64,000 nt of DNA, from NCBI GenBank assembly GCA_964397195.1, contig CAYNGY010000004.1:1923-65922 (forward strand). The letters are read 5' to 3'. Below, in pieces: positions 62,389-64,000 of the stretch. The notes beneath the pieces are model-generated. The model ran no database searches. It was not told the DNA's origin and saw only the letters and a list, made by a program, of their open reading frames with translations. The first letter of the stretch is position 1, and every line of letters begins with the position of its first letter. This DNA is from an uncultured Gammaproteobacteria bacterium (GTDB lineage: Bacteria > Patescibacteriota > Patescibacteriia > SBBC01 > CAIJZX01). The position numbers were made by a program, and so were the translations under genes.

Positions 62389-64000
62389 TTATGCCCCTAG
62401 GTTTGATGCCTTTTCGACCCGAATGACGCCGCCGGCTTCCAACACCGCCACATCGCGTCGACCAATTTTTCCTTCGAGCAACTGCTTGGCCAAGGCGTTA
62501 TCGACATGATCTTGGACAGCCCGACGTAACGGCCGCGCCCCAAATAGCGGATCAAAACCAATCTGCGCTAATTCGTGAATCGCTTCCGGCGTCGCCTGCA
62601 AGGTGATTCCTTTCTCTTTCATCCGGGTCCCAATTTGCGCCACCATCATCGTCACAATTTTTTCCACCTCGTCCTGATTGAGCGGTGTAAACAGAATGAT
62701 CCCGTCAAAACGGTTGAGAAACTCGGGACGGAAATACTGTTGTAGAACATCTTGAACCATCTCGGTTTTTATATGCGCCAGATCGACTCCGGCCCGCAGC
62801 TGAGTTTGAATATGTTGCGTACCGGCATTCGAGGTAGCAATCAAAATCACATTTGTAAAATCAATCGTTCTCCCCGCCGCATCGGTCATCCGACCATCGT
62901 CCATGACCTGCAGGAAAACATTCAGAATATCCGGATGGGCTTTTTCTAATTCATCTAACAAGACTAACGTATATGGATGCTCTCGTACCGCATCGGTAAA
63001 ATATCCGCCCCGTTCACTCCCAGATGATCCCAAGAGTCGACTAATACTAGCCACATCTTGATATTCAGACATATCGAGGCGAATCATCGACGATTCCGAG
63101 CCGAAAAATACTTCGGCCACGGTCTTGGCAAGTTCTGTTTTTCCAACCCCGGTCGGTCCGAGGAACAACAAGTTCGCGATCGGCCGTTTCGGATCACGCA
63201 GTTCGGTTCGAGCCCGACGAAGCGCATCCGCCACCGCATTGACCGCTTCAACCTGGCCAACCACTCGCTCATGCATCAGTGATTCCAGATGCAGAAGCTT
63301 CCCCTGCTCCGAGGCGGTCATATCCGTCACCGCCACATTGGTCTGCTCGCTCACCAGTTGAGCCACATGCTCACCAGTGACCAATGCATGCCGACCGGAT
63401 TTTTTCGCCAAAACCGCCGCCTCTTCCAGTAAATCGAGGGCTGAACCCGGTAATGTCTTTTGATGCATGAACCTCCGCGCAAGGCTGACCGCACGGTCGA
63501 GCGCCTGAAAAGTAAAGTAGACACCGTAGGTATGTTCGAGCGGCCCAACGCGCGACTGAAGGACTCGAACGGCCTGAGCCGCATCGAGTTCGTTCAAATC
63601 TAACTTCTCAAATGATGACGGGATAACCCCACGCTCTAGGTAGCGTCGATACGCTGAAGACGTCGTGGTGGCCACGACGATAACTGACCGACGGCCTGCA
63701 GCATCGGCGATAATTTGCGCGGCATCGAGGCCCTCGCTTCCCGCTGTTGATGCGCCAACGAGTTGATCAAAATTTTCAATCGCCAAAACAATATTCCCGG
63801 CGTGCGACAACTCCACCAGCACGGTCTGCAATCGTTCTTCGAGTTGTCCGGCTCCGCCAGCACCCGCCACAATCGCCGCCGCCGAAAGCGCCACCAGTCG
63901 TTTGTCTTGGAGCATCTCCGGCACATCCTCAGACGCCATACGTTCCGCCAGTGCCTGGAGGATACTCGTTTTTCCGACGCCACTATCGCCAACAATCAAT
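62389..64000 (-). CDS. ClpC/ClpA-like AAA+ ATPase (two NBDs; N-terminal part beyond window end)
   Basis: Two Walker A motifs (GDSGVGKT, GPTGVGKT), sensor and arginine-finger regions. Confidence 0.85.
   Translation of the reverse strand, partial: LIVGDSGVGKTSILQALAERMASEDVPEMLQDKRLVALSAAAIVAGAGGAGQLEERLQTVLVELSHAGNIVLAIENFDQLVGASTAGSEGLDAAQIIADAAGRRSVIVVATTTSSAYRRYLERGVIPSSFEKLDLNELDAAQAVRVLQSRVGPLEHTYGVYFTFQALDRAVSLARRFMHQKTLPGSALDLLEEAAVLAKKSGRHALVTGEHVAQLVSEQTNVAVTDMTASEQGKLLHLESLMHERVVGQVEAVNAVADALRRARTELRDPKRPIANLLFLGPTGVGKTELAKTVAEVFFGSESSMIRLDMSEYQDVASISRLLGSSGSERGGYFTDAVREHPYTLVLLDELEKAHPDILNVFLQVMDDGRMTDAAGRTIDFTNVILIATSNAGTQHIQTQLRAGVDLAHIKTEMVQDVLQQYFRPEFLNRFDGIILFTPLNQDEVEKIVTMMVAQIGTRMKEKGITLQATPEAIHELAQIGFDPLFGARPLRRAVQDHVDNALAKQLLEGKIGRRDVAVLEAGGVIRVEKASNLGA

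Overview
This 64 kb window is a densely packed bacterial chromosome segment (about 53-55% GC, mostly minus-strand operons, frequent ATGA/4-nt gene overlaps, several near-leaderless starts). It carries core housekeeping genes: rpsB, rpmE, prfA-prmC, rplY, a SEDS FtsW/RodA gene, dnaE, thrS-miaA, gatB, the secE-nusG-rplK-rplA cluster (with a membrane-protein gene inserted between rplK and rplA), gyrB, the pheST operon, a UvrD-helicase/RecB-nuclease fusion, a complete F1Fo ATP synthase operon atpIBEFHAGDC, nudix, rmuC, tatD, cvpA, metG-rsmI, glyQS and a ClpC-like ATPase. The most unusual signal is four discrete segments of sharply higher GC (about 62-65%) that each look like an autonomous promoter-gene(s)-terminator cassette (phage 'moron'-like): (1) tdk-thyX plus a small basic protein, (2) a NERD-domain putative nuclease plus a 48-aa TM peptide, (3) a 483-aa polytopic membrane protein, (4) a small ORF/antisense RNA. 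Three of these are driven by near-identical copies of one promoter (TTGAC[AC]-N17-TAG[TG][GT]T with an embedded GGGGATTT(A)TGA block). Other findings: an unannotated 66-aa ORF between atpD and atpC; a 128-nt tRNA-like element with a canonical T-arm and acceptor stem but an aberrant middle; two copies of a roughly 50-nt terminator-plus-palindrome module flanking a coiled-coil ORF; a 14-nt element at identical 35-nt spacing from the -10 in the thyX and atp promoters; and a T-box-like leader upstream of thrS. No rRNA, CRISPR array, transposase or integrase was seen.
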